Notes: generated by a model not told the origin, from the letters alone. Counted from the first letter of the whole stretch, positions 26,976 to 40,792 are shown. The stretch: DNA of 63,210 bases, filler included, from Choristocarpus tenellus KU-1152 (GCA_964200185.2; 13 parts of 13 records of this genome joined end to end with filler, not necessarily neighbours in it), one strand, 5' to 3'. Numbers and translations are program-made.

Positions 26976-29526
26976 TTTCGGCTGAGGAATCNNNNNNNNN
27001 NNNNNNNNNNNNNNNNNNNNNNNNNNNNNNNNNNNTTAATTAATTAANNNNNNNNNNNNNNNNNNNNNNNNNNNNNNNNNNNNNNNNNNNNGGTGGAGTG
27101 TGCAGGGCAGCGGGGTGGGGCTGGTCTGGGCAAAGGAGGTTGGGACCGAGGTGGGGGGGGTGGGGTGGGGAGGTGGGTAGGAGGTGGGGAGATGCAATCA
27201 CAGGTGATGAAGAAGCGCCTGTCCTCTCAGTGTGAGCTGGAAGACCTGCTGGAAGAGACAACAAACCTGGTGGTGGGAGCCAGGGAGAAGGTGGGGAGAG
27301 GGGAGAGGGAAGCAAGGGGGGAGGGGGGGTAGGCATCGGAAGGCGCTTCTCTTTTGTTTGTTTCTGGTTGTTGGGATGGATGAAGGATGAAGGTTAGGTA
27401 TATTTTCTTGTTGGTGAATGTTATGTGGTTTTGTTGGAGATGGCAGTATGTACGATTGTAAATAGTATCACGTTTATTCAGTGTCTGTTTCATTTTTTGT
27501 AATTTTGCTTATTACGTGTGTATGTTATTTGTAGTAGTCATGCATGTGCATGTATATGTATGTATGTATATATATATGATGTAATGTGGTTCTTACTTCA
27601 ATGTTTGCGCTCTTCCGTCTCACAAATTGTTCTCGTGGAAGATTCATTTGAAGATTCATTGGAGATTATTCGAAAGATTCTTGCAGTGGAAGCAATGAAT
27701 TGTAGTTTTGTAGGTTGTCAAAGGGATCACTAGAATAGTTCGGTTCTTGTTAGTTGATGCTGTAGAGGCGGTTGCGATTTAACTCATGTTTGCTGCTTTC
27801 TGAAATTTGAAAACTGTTACACCCTTCAGTATGTATATATATATATATATGTCATATCTCTATATGATCTCTAATTTGGCATGGTATTATTAATATCATT
27901 CTGAAGATGGTGGTCATATGTATATCATGGGGGCCTTGGCAAAAAAATCGAGGAAGAATCTCGGTGAGAATTCAACTTTTTTTTTTTTAAAGTACATCAT
28001 TGCGTTGTGTGTGTGTGTGTGTGTGTGCGTTTTTTTTTCCATTTTTTGAAAATTTCTACAGCGGCAGTGTATCTGCAACATTTTTTTTTTACCATTATCT
28101 ACTCTAGAGAGAGAGAGAGAGAGAGTGGTTTTGGTAGAGGAAGCTATAATTTTTTACTTTTTGGGTCTCTCTTACCCCGTGTGCACTCCGCTCTATTTTC
28201 TTATATCCCTGTCGGTCGATACATAGTTATTTTTATTTTTATAGCCCCCAACTCTCTTCGATCGAAAAAAAAAATGAATTCTTAGTGTGCTTGGGGCGTT
28301 CTGGCTCTGTTGTGCGTTCAGTGTGTGTGACAGTTTGTTGTCACACATACGCTTTGCTTACTTGCACTTCTTAGGTATTTTATATTTTTATCATCTTGCT
28401 CACGGAAAAACGCCTAGAAATAAATACCCCCATTGAAGTACTATGGCACCATTTGCTTCAAAGCAGTTTGTAGAAGTATGTGCATGTTCTTGTGTAGATC
28501 TAATTAATTAATTGGCGTTCAACCAGGAAGGAAACCAAGAAATTTTCTTACCGTTTTTTTTTTTTGCTGCAAATTTATTTATGTATAAAAAATAAGAATG
28601 ACATTAAATGCTCTGGAGTATATACATTTTCCCGTAGAGATGGCAATGTAGGAGTTAAACACTAAGAGTTGAGTGGATGCTTTTTTCGATTTACTTTTTC
28701 TTTTTTCCTGTGAAATTTTGTTTGTTTTTCTTTTAAAAAAATGAAGCAAGCGTTCCTGCGTGTATTTCTTCCTTCCCGTGGAGTAATTTAAATTAAAAAT
28801 AAAAATAACTGAGAATGAAGTGAACCGCTCTTTTGTTCACTTTGCCGCGCTGTGTGCTATATAAAAAACGATTCTAAAGTGACGTTTTTCTTTTTGAAGA
28901 AATGGAACTGAATTCTCGTTCTTTTTTTCCGTTTTCAAAGCGCAAAAAGCTTCTTGGTATATGAAATGAGGGTTAAGGGTTTTTCTCATTTGCGACGCGA
29001 TGTCGTGAGTGATCATCTTTGACGGTCTCGGAGAGACTGATGTTGGCAGTTACGGATATTCACAATGTGCTCCCGTTTTTTTTATGTTTTTTTTATGTTT
29101 TTTTTGTAGAGAAGAAGTGGCGTTTTGAGGCGTTTTGATCCGTTCTTAATCACTGTTCTCGACTTCGTTTGCAGGGCGGGTTTACTCTCCGGTTACCCCC
29201 GACTAACCTGTTTTGTTTTTGTTTTTTTTGTAAGGACTTGAACAGAGATTAGAAGGTTGGCGTAAATCCGTACGGAGCAGGTCAGGTACTGCTTTGTTTT
29301 GTCGTCTCTATTATTTTTTTCGCAGGTACGTCATGTCCATTCTGAGAAATTTCTCCCTGGACCGGCGCGCGCTCGATCGGTGGTTTGATGTCACTGTTGT
29401 ACTCTCCTCAGAGATTTTGATACTTGAAAAAAATATATGTATATATATTTATATAACCGTAATTTGTTGGAAGTATAGTGTGAACTGTGAAGTACAATGC
29501 TTCCGATACAGTAAAAAAAAAATTAG

Positions 29527-29619
29527 CTGATGGTATTATGTTGGTAGTACGGTGTGAATTGTGAAGTACAATCCTGATGGTATTATGTTGGTAGTACGGT
29601 GTGAATTGTGAAGTACAAT
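29527..29619 (+). repeat. 47-bp tandem duplication
   Basis: ctgatggtattatgttggtagtacggtgtgaattgtgaagtacaat occurs twice, with a partial copy at ~29479-29498. Confidence 0.9.
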
Positions 29620-29741
29620 AAATAAAAGTACAATCCTTTTTCTCGCCATCAGTAGAGTGGCGCAGTTAAGAGTTCTATCACCTGGACGGGTGTGCTCTAG
29701 TTTTGTTGAAGTGAGAGTCTGCACAAAGAAAAAAAAACACA

Positions 29742-29775
<34 letters not shown>

Positions 29776-29954
29776 TATTGTGTTGATGGGCGGTGGGTAG
29801 GTCGGAAGGAAACTCTGAAGCTTTTGATCAAAGACAGTGTCTTTTTTATTAATAAATAAGGGTCTTGATTATCTTGCCGGTTTGGTATTGATGAGTAAGA
29901 AAATCTATTGTGGACGGCGCAGATCGGATCAGTTTTTTTTCAGTTTTTTCGCTG

Positions 29955-30260
29955 TTTGTGGTGAATGAATTGTTTTATTGTTGTTCCGCTTCACTCTTTT
30001 TTTTTAAGTTTTTTTTTTCCTTTTTTGGTGGAATGTGAATTAATTCTTTGTATTGTTGGTTGGTTCACTTCACTCTAAGAAAAAAGAAAACTTTTTTTGC
30101 GGAATGTGAATTAATTAACTTTATCGTTGCTGCACTTCACTTTTTTTTTTTACTTTTTTGCTTTTTTGCTTTTTTTGTGGAATGTGAATGAATTAATTTT
30201 ATCGTTGTTCTGCTTCACTAAACTTTTTTCTTTTTCTTTTTCTTTTTTTCAGTGGAAAAA
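29955..30260 (+). repeat. Degenerate ~70-80-bp tandem repeat, about 4 units
   Basis: Recurrent ggaatgtgaatKaatt..tttatYgttg..cttcact followed by poly-T. Confidence 0.75.
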
Positions 30261-30443
30261 TGTGGGGATTTTTTTTCCTTACTAACCATTGGCCTCGCTC
30301 AGAGAGGAAAAAAAAATTAGCTCCCCTTTTTATTCAAGACAAACAAATAAAAAATATTTTGATCTGAAGGCGGAAGGGCTCTGTGTTTCTGCAATTCGTT
30401 GACTATAGTACGTATGCACTCAATTGTCCGAAATGTGATACGG

Positions 30444-30479
30444 CCCTAACCCTAACCCTAGCCCTAACCCTAACCCTAA
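30444..30479 (-). repeat. Interstitial telomere-like repeat (CCCTAA)6, one variant unit
   Basis: ccctaaccctaaccctagccctaaccctaaccctaa. Confidence 0.9.
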
Positions 30480-31449
30480 GCCTCAGTGTGATATGGTGTA
30501 CGATTATTGCAATTGGCTATGGCGGCTCTACAGGCATGTCCTACACTCAGATTTATCGTGGCCACTCTCTGAGCACTCTGCACTGGTCTCTCTGTCCTTT
30601 GCCTTCTCTTCCTGTGTTTTTGTTTGTTATTGGTTGCACAATGCCTGCCTGCCTGCCTGTCTACCTGCCTGCCTGCGTGTCTGCCTGCCTACCTACACAC
30701 TGCGAAACAACATACTATAAAACAAAAAAAGGATCGCGGAACGAATGAAGTGGAACCAAGCACGCCTCCCTCTCGACCAAGTGGAAAGCCGTCCAAGGTG
30801 TGTGTGCGTGTGTGTGAAAGAGAGAGACGGATGGGTTAGCGTTCACACCAGTTTGATATCCATCCTGCAACACTAATTTTATTCAGCCACAACACCAGAA
30901 GTCCGTGAACCCCTTGGAATGGCTCTTACAATGACTACGAACACTAGCTATTGTTTCCATGACTAAAGGATGTCAGGGTCAAGGGGGGGGNNNNNNNNNN
31001 NNNNNNNNNNNNNNNNNNNNNNNNNNNNNNNNNNTTAATTAATTAANNNNNNNNNNNNNNNNNNNNNNNNNNNNNNNNNNNNNNNNNNNNAGAGGGGATA
31101 TAGATAATTCAATGATAAAGTTAGATAAATTACTTAAATTAACAACAAAAGAAAAGGATCAAGATCATATTCAAAAACTTAAGACATATATAGAGAATAA
31201 TACAGAGAAAATTGTTGATTACTCTCAAAGGGAGGCAGCAGGTGAAGGTAAAGGTTGTAGGTAGGTATCCAGGAAATGGGGTGTGAAGCACACAGGTAGG
31301 CAGAGAATGTTTCCATGGTAGGGCCAGGCCCATGGTCATGTATCGCCAATGTTGTCAGGGGAAACCCCAGCTAGAAGAAACAGAAAGAATTCATAAGAGC
31401 TTCCCTTGTAAGGTGTGCTATTTCACTCTAACTCCAAAAGCTGACTCAC

Positions 31450-34400
31450 CTTTTTCGCATGAGGTAATAAACTCAGGTGGAATTGACATTCCTACCACTC
31501 GGTTAAGGAACTCGAAGTTTACAGGTTCACCATCTTTGTCCTTCATGTCAAGGGGTATGGGCTCAATGTAGCCCATCACCCTTGCAAATTGTCCTGACCC
31601 CCCTGTCTGCTTCTTGTGAAGATAGTTGAAGGATATCTTCTGTGTAATCGTTTCACGATAGTTAACCTGAGGTTGTCCAACCTCACAGTCGACACTGTAC
31701 TCACGCCTACAATATAATTGGGAAATGGCGACAAGGTCAGCAATTTCCAGTTCCAGACATCGATTTAGACAAATATACTCCGTTAAGTATTTGTGGGAAT
31801 GTGGTAAAATGTGTGAGTTACATACCAGATTTCCGCTGCAAATAGAGAATAGGGAATATTACAGACATGTTGTGGTTGGACGCTTTGGGGTTCATAAACT
31901 CTGCATAAATAAATGCTTAGACGGCCATCATCCCTTGTAAGATTGTAAGAGTATTGGAGTAATAACGAACATAGTGTCACTTGCTACCAAGGCCTTCCCA
32001 GATGGGGTGACATGTTTTTCGAAACTATGTCAAACAATAGACCACTGAAAGTCCTTGCATAACACACCACAACACACTGACAAACATAACATAGTTCACT
32101 AAAATGATTACCAAGAATGGGGCGTATCACCTTGGAATGGCAGAACTACTGGGCTAGAAAAAACGTTTTAACAATAGACCACTGAAAGTCCTTGCATAAC
32201 ACACCACAACACACTGACAAACATAACATAGTTCACTAAAAATGATTACCAAGAATGGGGTGTATCACCTTGGAATGGCAGAACTACTGGGCTAGAAAAA
32301 ACGTTTTGGGGGTCACATTGTTACGTGTATCATATTTCAAGGGGGAAATATTCAAAAGGTATGTTATGAGTATGAGTCAAGCTTTTGACATCTTTTAACA
32401 GCAAAGGTGTGTACAAGGTTATCACTAAATGCCTGGTGATGAGTGAAATATACCCCTTCACAAGTACATGCATCTATCTATATAGGGCTGGTGCAGAGAA
32501 AAATAATTAGAATCACATACACACACACCATCAGGACTCAACAGAAATACAAAACCTACCTGGAACATTTAACATCAGCATTTTCCATGCATCAACGCAT
32601 ATGCCTTCATGCTTGCAGTCAGAATAGAACTCTGCCTCAACTCTTGAAACTATAAACAACTTGCCATACTGCCCCTTTTTTACAAAAAACTTACTTGAGT
32701 CTCTCCACATAGACATCCAGATGCAACTCTCCCATGCCACTAATGATAGTCTGTTTACTCTCCAAATCTGTGTGGACCCGTAATGTTGGGTCCTCCTTGG
32801 TGAATCGTGCCAGGGCCTAGTGATAGAAAGGTTCAACAAAAAGATGTCGATACAATAATTCAAATGGATCTACTTCCAGGGTTGATCTACTTCAGGGTTG
32901 TTTGGATCACCTCTATTACTCTTCGAGCACTTGTATAGTACTATTAAAATCACAGTGAGTAAAATATGTAGGTAATTCAAACATGACATACTCCAATAGC
33001 ATACTTCTAAGTATATAATGGAGCAGTGTCATACTGTGTTTCTCTCGTGGTCCAGAACATACACTAGAAGAACATACACTACAAAAGTATCGCTGTTTCA
33101 CAAAAATCGCTGAGCCACCCTTTCAGTCTGAGTGGAATTACTCAGAATACTTCTTGCCAAGTACAACAACATCAATGGATATGGTTAGGTCAATTTCCTT
33201 CCACTTTCACATACCAAAAGTAGAATGCATGTGCTGCAGATGTCAGACTCTGTAATCAAGGTCACAGCACCTTACTGAACTTGTCTGCGAAGTCACCACC
33301 CTTCTTGCCATCCTTTTTGGGTTTGATAGCCAGCGACATCACCGGCTCTGGGACAAACATTGATGTCATTGCCAGTTGTGTTCTGGAAGTGCAATGTTTT
33401 GAAAAAAGAAAGGGCCCCATCAGTTTGAAGCATACAAAGTTTCAACGGTCCAATCTTGACAATTACCAGTGTACAAATCTGACATATCTACCATCTTAAG
33501 ATGGTGCCAAAATGCCTCACTATTCTACCACTCTTGATTGAAACACCAACATAAGGACAATACAAGAACTGTTCCTCTATCATATCCCTATTGCAGAGTC
33601 TCAATAGATTGAGAGGCTAGCTCACCCTCCATCGGTGAAGGTGTCCATTGAGGAGCAGTCAACCCCAAACATAGCCACAACATCCCCTGCCTCAACCGTC
33701 TCCACATCCTACCAAGGGGCACATTACAGACCAAAGCAGGATAGGTGTTGGTGTGTGTACCTCTATGGCAATAGCATATCATTTTCTCCACTCCCTAAAC
33801 TTAAGACTTTTATGTACAAGTAAAAGGCGGTCATCAAATAACATTTAAGGGTACTACTATGTGTCACAAAAAATATCAAATCCACAATGCAGAGTTCATC
33901 CATGAAACAATCCTAACACCAAGCACATAGACGGATAAAATCCCCAAGAAAGACTGCAAGCAAGAAGAGATCTGCACCATGATCATAATTTGTGATTAAC
34001 AGTAGAACCCCACCCACTCCCTTAGGAAAGGAAGTTGTGCAAAATAGTGGAAGGGCAGCTCTGCTTCTACGTGTTATATTGGAGCATGTGCAAAATCAAC
34101 TATGGGGGGCTCTTGAACTGTGGTCACTCCAACACTTATTCAAAACCATAGTCATAACACAACTGCAATCAATCTGCATCCACACCAACGCTAAGTGCCT
34201 CTCCTCTAAACATACCTCCATCTCCTCGGAGTGCATTCTTACAAGACGTGGCACCTTGAGCTTTTTACCACTGTTAAAATTAAACAGCATTTGTCCCTTA
34301 GTTATTGTTCCCTACCCAGAGAGCAGAGGCAAAGATGTGGTCAAATGATGGTATTGCATTATCTCTCTACACCAACTAACTTGCAATCAATAACAACCGA

Positions 34401-37400
34401 TACCCCACAGAGAACAAAATAGGTTAGACAGACTGAACAAATGTTTGATAGGTTAGACAGACTGAAATACTTCCACATCCTTGTGTGCAACTCAACCCTT
34501 ATCAGCACTACTGTAGTGACTGCCTGTTGACCTCTATACAGACATTTACACCAATCAAAGGTGCATAGCCAACCCTGGTAAGTAAGGAGTATACTATGTG
34601 GTAGTAATTCGTGGTTTCAGAACAAAGGTGGTTGCCAATGAATATCAAATGTTTCAGTGTGTCATGCTCATCATTAGCAATATACTTGAGAAAAGTAGAC
34701 AAAATAAAATACCTGGTACACACGCATGTATGTGAGTTGGCCATATTTGCCCTCCTCCAGCTTGAAAGCCAGTGCCAGTGTTGGTGCATCAGGGCGACAC
34801 TCAACTTCTACCTGAAATTATACCAAGCAAAAATATGATACAATCCAGCACAAGCAAGCAATGCAATGATGTATCAGGAGAAGCTATTCCAAGTAAAAGT
34901 TATGCCTAACCTGCATACAATCCTCAAGGCACTTACACACACAAAAGAATGAGTTAAAATAGATCAATGAGTATCAAACTTGATCTAGAGCAAGCTCTTG
35001 TCTTACATAAAACTGATAGCTTACGCTAGTTCCAACCTCCACATGGAAAAAAATGTCACCTTGGCCTCATTATTTGCTGTGTCAAGGGCATAGTTGGAGA
35101 CCTCTGTTGGATTGGGTAGGTAGTCCACAATACCATCAAGCAGCAATTGTACACCCTGTTATTGCAGAAGCAACACACCAGAGTACAGCATGGTATAATG
35201 AGCAAACCTTCAATGACACAGTACAGTATCATAGGAGATTGGTGTACCACCTCTCACGACAATATATGAACTTCAAAGTCCTTGACAACATAATTAATAT
35301 CTTCTATCCCTCCTGGATAAAAGTATACTATATTATTCTTATGCAGATATATCCTTGTTTCTTATTCAAACCTTGTTCTTGTAAGCTGAGCCCATGAACA
35401 CTGGCACAAACTTAAGTGAAATTGTTGCCCGCCGAATGGCTGCTTTGAGTACTGCCTCATCCACCTGAGTCAGTGAGCACAAGAAGGAACACAAGGATGT
35501 ATTTTTGTGGAAAACAAACCAGAACATCTGTTAAAATTGCTTCTATGAAGAACGAAATCAAGACTTTGAAAGACAAGTGCTTACCTATCATTCATATTTT
35601 GGAATAAGCAGTATAGAATAGTGGGGAGCAGGATAGAACCGCTGCAAAAATGGGAACATGAGACCAATATCTGCCACTCTATTAAAGATCATGGTCTTGA
35701 TAATAACCCCAAAGATTTTAAACTGGAGATATTCCTGCTGATTACTATGTTGAGGACTAGTTTTCTTTCATCACGTAAGCATGAATTGCAGCACTGTAGC
35801 AAAAAATTAGCAAAAAAAAGTTCATCTTTCCAAAACACAGCATGCACAGCCTCTCTAAGTACTGCACATACGTTGGTACAGAGACAAATATTGATGCAAT
35901 GGTCATTGGTGAAGTATGAGGGTAACTGCTGCAGTATGCTGGTGAAGCACTGAACATGATAACATCTCAAAATGAGAGTCCACTCTGTACAAGAGGAAGC
36001 CATGTTGCGTCAAACTGAAATGTTCAGAGCTCTTGCACATATCCCGAAAAGCAGCACTGACTTCAAGCCAAGAGTAGTTTTGGAGCTGGTAGCGGAAGAG
36101 TGGGCACAATTACAATCCCTTTCCATACAATGACTTGTGACAATGTACTGTAAAAATACCTCACTGTAGTGTTCATGTATCTGTATTATAAATCTATCTC
36201 CCTATGGCTGCCTCCTGGGAACACACCTCTTCCTCCATTAGGTAGAGCTCACCAATCTCACTGTCTATATCTGCAAGCACCTCCACAAGCTCAGCTCGAG
36301 CTTGAATCAAATCTTCCTGTGTGGGGTGAAAAATGCAAATCAGTCAGTAGAATATAAGAATATTTGAATGGGCTCCATCTTCTATTACTTTAATACCATG
36401 TGCACTAGCTATCTGATTTATTCTTTCAATATCACAAGGATTTCCACCCCAATGAACCATAACAATAGATTTCGTATTTTTAGTTATTTTTCTTTCAATA
36501 TCATCAGGATCAATGCTTCCAGACAGTGGATCAACATCAGCCCACACTATTTTAGCATTATTCGTAATAATCAGAGTATTTGTATATGTATATATAGCTA
36601 CTTGATCGGTACACAATTGCATTACCGGTGGCCCACCAATTTTGAGAACACACCAGAGAAATTCACCTACCACATATTGGAGTGTCAGCAGGTCAGTATG
36701 GTGGAATAAATTATAGAGTTGGTATTCAGACATACCACTACCGGTTTAACTTTAATCCACCATACTGTTCTGACGACTAGATCATATACTCTGAAAATAA
36801 ATTTACTTCCCTGGTAGTGACTTCTGGAAGATATCAGCTGAGTTTCTTTGATATCTCATGTAGCCTGGTGGACCAGAACTAACACATATTTTTGTCCTCT
36901 GAAACAAACAGGACAAGAGGACCAATGATACGGGTGGCATATTGTGCTTTTCAACTGTGTTAGAAAAGACAAAGTAAAGCTTGGTTGGATCAGACCAATC
37001 ATGCATGAGGTCTTCTCTGCCTACTCATGTCTCCAACTTACTAACAGCTAAAAGTCAAATGCATAGAAGGACTGAAATATTACCCAATGTGTCTGTGCCA
37101 TCTAGCCATCCTTACCTGCATGTCATCAGGTACAGGAATCTGTTCCACCACTTCCCCCTTTGCCCCAGAAAATGTGAATGCCTGCCCAGTGACAATATCC
37201 ACAACACCCTTGTGACTGTTCTCCAGGCCAATTGGCAGCTGAACTGCAGCAGTGTTCAACTTCAGATTTAATTAAAACGTAAAGATGCATGGGTGTGTTA
37301 CCAAGGCGTTCAGCTCCTTGAGACAAGACTAGTGAGTACAACGGTTTCAAATGCACCTCCCAGGGAAGCAAAACATTATCAAACCAGCTGGACAAATTAC

Positions 37401-38640
37401 GTAGATCTTGGAAAAATATACATTTCCAATAACAGAGAAGGGCAACAAACCCATAACTGCAATACTTGGTGTTCAACACAGAGATTTTGACAAGAAGAAT
37501 GTCAGACTATGACATTGCCGGACAAAATGAAATGTGAACTACACTGCAATGAGTTGAAAACATCCACAGGTGTTGTAACAAATGAAGCAATAAAGGCCAT
37601 TGCCTGACAAAAACGAGGAAAATGTTTGAAACTTTTCAAATGTCAATCCCTTACGACCATCGCAAAGACAGCAAGGAGGTTGTGGATACCTTTAGCTGAG
37701 ACCGGATATCATCAATTACTCGGCGAGGATTGGAGCCCATCCTGTCAAGCTTGTTGATAAACGCCACTCGGGGAATAGAGTAACGCTTCATTTGGCGGTC
37801 AACTGTCAGTGATTGGGACTGCACACCAGATACACCACACAGGACAAGCACTGCACCGTCGAGTACACGAAGAGCGCGTTCCACCTGACCATATTAGATG
37901 GAGTGAAGTGCAAAGAACGGTGATGATGACCAGCAGGACATTGGGAGGCATTCTTGCTACAAACAATAAGTTGGGGCATTTTGGACACGAGAGCACAATC
38001 AAAGTAAAGTACACTTACTGCCTACAACAATATATCAATGCCTTGCTGCCATCCACATTGAACTCCAGGTCATCGTGCTGGACCAAGGTCTTACCTCAAT
38101 GGTAAAGTCAACGTGTCCAGGTGTGTCAATGATGTTGATGTGATTATTACCCCATGAGCAGAACGTCGCGGCAGATTGGATGGTGATGCCCTTTTCTCGC
38201 TCCAGGTCCATGGAATCCATTTTTGCTCCCACACCATCCTGTGGCACGAGGTGATATGGTATATGGAACAAGTGGTATCGGTGGTCTGCTCTAGCCAGTC
38301 GATGATTTACATTACGTGGTATCGGTCGCTTCGACCAAAGGAACCAAGAGTGTCGCACCTTTCCTCGAACATCGTGAATTGAGTTTATTCTACCCGTATA
38401 GAACAAGATGCGCTCTGTCAGTGTCGTTTTGCCGCTGTCGATATGAGCTGAAATACCAATGTTGCGTGTTTTCTCAATGAAGGTATCTTTTTCGCTTGAA
38501 GGCTTGAGCTGCGCAGAGAATGTCCTGGCATGAAGAGGCCAGGACGGCGGCACAATGGAGATGTGAGGTAAAGAGAGGACGCACCACTCACACCTATTAC
38601 AAAATGAATCCCTTAGAGCATTGAGAATCACTGAAAGCAT
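31450..38640 (-). CDS. GFM1: Mitochondrial elongation factor G1 (EF-G), 14 exons, 3' end beyond the contig
   Basis: GT-AG exons splice in frame: 38640-38594, 38524-38359, 38238-38095, 37884-37690, 37259-37116, 36316-36227, 35464-35372, 35155-35060, 34811-34713, 34311-34216, 33708-33626, 33382-33271, 32816-32695, 31706-31450. Motifs include [49 protein letters not shown] and [12 protein letters not shown], after a short presequence-like N-terminus. The first exon is the least certain. Confidence 0.96.
32033..32307 (+). repeat. 137/138-bp near-perfect tandem duplication in an EF-G intron
   Basis: 32033-32169 and 32170-32307 differ by one indel and one C/T. Confidence 0.95.
36365..36583 (-). 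pseudogene. DegT/DnrJ/EryC1/StrS-family PLP aminotransferase gene fragment inside EF-G intron 5
   Basis: 73 uninterrupted codons: [73 protein letters not shown]. This fits the family pattern 'V-vDvDp-tg-iD---ie--It--TKaI--VH--G-p-D...vIED-AH'. The segment is AT-rich and has no introns. Confidence 0.9.
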
Positions 38641-39832
38641 TGATGTTACGGAAAGTGTCGACTTCGACAATGACAGAGTTAGTTATAACGACCTTCTTCG
38701 ACCACGATCTCATAGATAAACGAAGTGGTGACATGCCCCCATTGTGAGAAAGGTTGCAAAGACCACCCCCATCAGTCTCTGAAAAAAAGTACTTGTAGTA
38801 GTGGACAACATTATTATATCGCACCTCCACAAGCGAGGCAGGTGTCGTGAAGTGCTGAGGCCATCGCATATCACGCGCTTGCTCGAGTAGAACGCTGTGC
38901 GACGTAAATGGATCATTGCTCTCCAGGCTACCTCTCTCGAAATGGGAAACCTCCAATCACAGTTCCCAAGTTTTTTTGAATGGACAATTGTGGTGGTTCA
39001 TAATCATAAATGAGGTATACCTTCTCCTGCATATATTCACCTACCATCTTACGGCGTAAGTGTGGGGAGTGGGAACTGGATCTTAAGCTTAGACTGGAAG
39101 AATGCATTCAGCACTGCACATTAGCGGTTCTTCATGCAGCTCCTCTCAGAGCGCCTACCCCTTGTAATCATGGTTATGGCGGGTCGCCACATGTACTCTT
39201 TCTGGTAGATGAAGGGGAGTATTGTTGTCTAGGTCGGGAGCACAACAAGGTGACCCACTGGCCCCTCCTCTCCTGTCTCACCACCTCCAAGGATCTAAAT
39301 AATCTCCCGACAACTTTTGATCCCCAGGTCCTATCATCTTGGAGTTATCTAGCCAACTCATCCCTCTCCGATTGTAGGGTCGACTCCACAGCCATAGTGA
39401 CATTCCATGGGATACTACTCAACATACATGGAGAAGACATACGCGTCTACCTCTCAAATTCATCAGCCCCTGCAATGAGAGCTGAACCTCCTAGCCACAG
39501 CGAGTATTATACTTGCCACAGACCCCGATGGTTTTGTAGCCGTCAGTACTCCTGCAAGCAAGAACACTATTGTACAAGCTCAAATCGTAGGCGTGTTGGA
39601 GAGCTGATGATGTCGGAACCTGGCCACATTCATCAGTGAGATAAAGGATAAGCAAGTAGCATAAATCCTCAGCACCTGATCCCTCTCTTCTTGCCCAGGC
39701 GATATCGCAAGGGTTGCCCCGCCATGATTAGCAAATTCCAATATGCAGTAGGATAACAACACTCCTCTATGGGGCGTTGAGACGATCATGGAGATGACTG
39801 ACTCAACAGAGACAACAGGTTTCTTTGAGAGA

Positions 39833-40061
39833 GAGTGAAAGTATCTTAGAGGGTACGAGTTTTGCCCTGTTTGTCCGTTTGGAACTTGGCTTCCCACGGG
39901 TTTTTTAATGACATTTTCCTACTCTGAAATATTTCGGAGAAGTTCAGAATAAGAATATTGATATTTCGTAACAAAGACGATTGCCAAAATTGCATCAAAT
40001 CGCAACATTGGATTTTGGTCCCCAAACGGACGCGGCGCTACCCTCTAAGATAATTTGACTC
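39833..40061 (-). mobile_element. MITE family A with an internal deletion (229 bp)
   Basis: TIRs gagtgaaagtatcttagagggta / taccctctaagataatttgactc; TSD aga/aga. Confidence 0.92.
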
Positions 40062-40792
40062 AGAGTGTGTGACAATAGGTCTCAGCACTTGAAGACACAC
40101 CATCAGGGCCAAGCCCAGATTCCAACCAGCGCAGGTGGTCTAGGTCTGTCCTCCATGACCCATCGCTAGTATGCAGTTTTTTTTATATATATAGTCATCT
40201 GTAGCCACCCTCTAAGCAAGACAGCAAGGAGTCTCTGGCGAATAATGCGCTGCCACCACCACTCCTTCCGCTACCAACTGTCAAACCTCAGTACATTTCT
40301 CAGATCTGGAAAGGTAGTCTTCTGTGATGGTCTTAACTTGTCATTAGAGCCATTGTGGGCAGGGGGCTAATGAGTGAGTAACAAACCGATGTCTAGAAAC
40401 AGCAAGGCGGATCCCTTCCCCAATCAACCACTACGAGTTATCTTTTGACTCTCGTAATTTAAACCTCAACCAGGAGACAAAATCCCGGATGAGCTGGTGG
40501 CCCATCATGTCGTGGGTGATAGGGTTGCTGAGGGTTTTCTAGATCACCTTCATAGCACCCTTTTTGAAACAGTTTCAGCTATTTTGTCTTAGTAGATTTC
40601 CTGTTCCCTGGTTTCACATAAACTTCTTAATGTATCCAAAGAACTATCCTGCAAAGAAATACACACTCTGTTGTTGTTGTGTTTTCTGTATTGCTTGCGT
40701 GATACTTCTTCTTGTTCCTTGCATGTTATCCGTGGTCATTATAATGTATAGTATTCATTGCGCTACTCCAGATCATTTTAGTGCAACAAGTA

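Noticed and set aside
27330-30990. Short ORFs in the AT-rich contig
   Set aside because: They derive from microsatellites and homopolymers with no coding signal.
36344-36733. The 129-aa ORF as a complete nested aminotransferase gene
   Set aside because: Only 36365-36583 is family-like. The rest is intron sequence, and the catalytic lysine region and C-terminal domain are absent.
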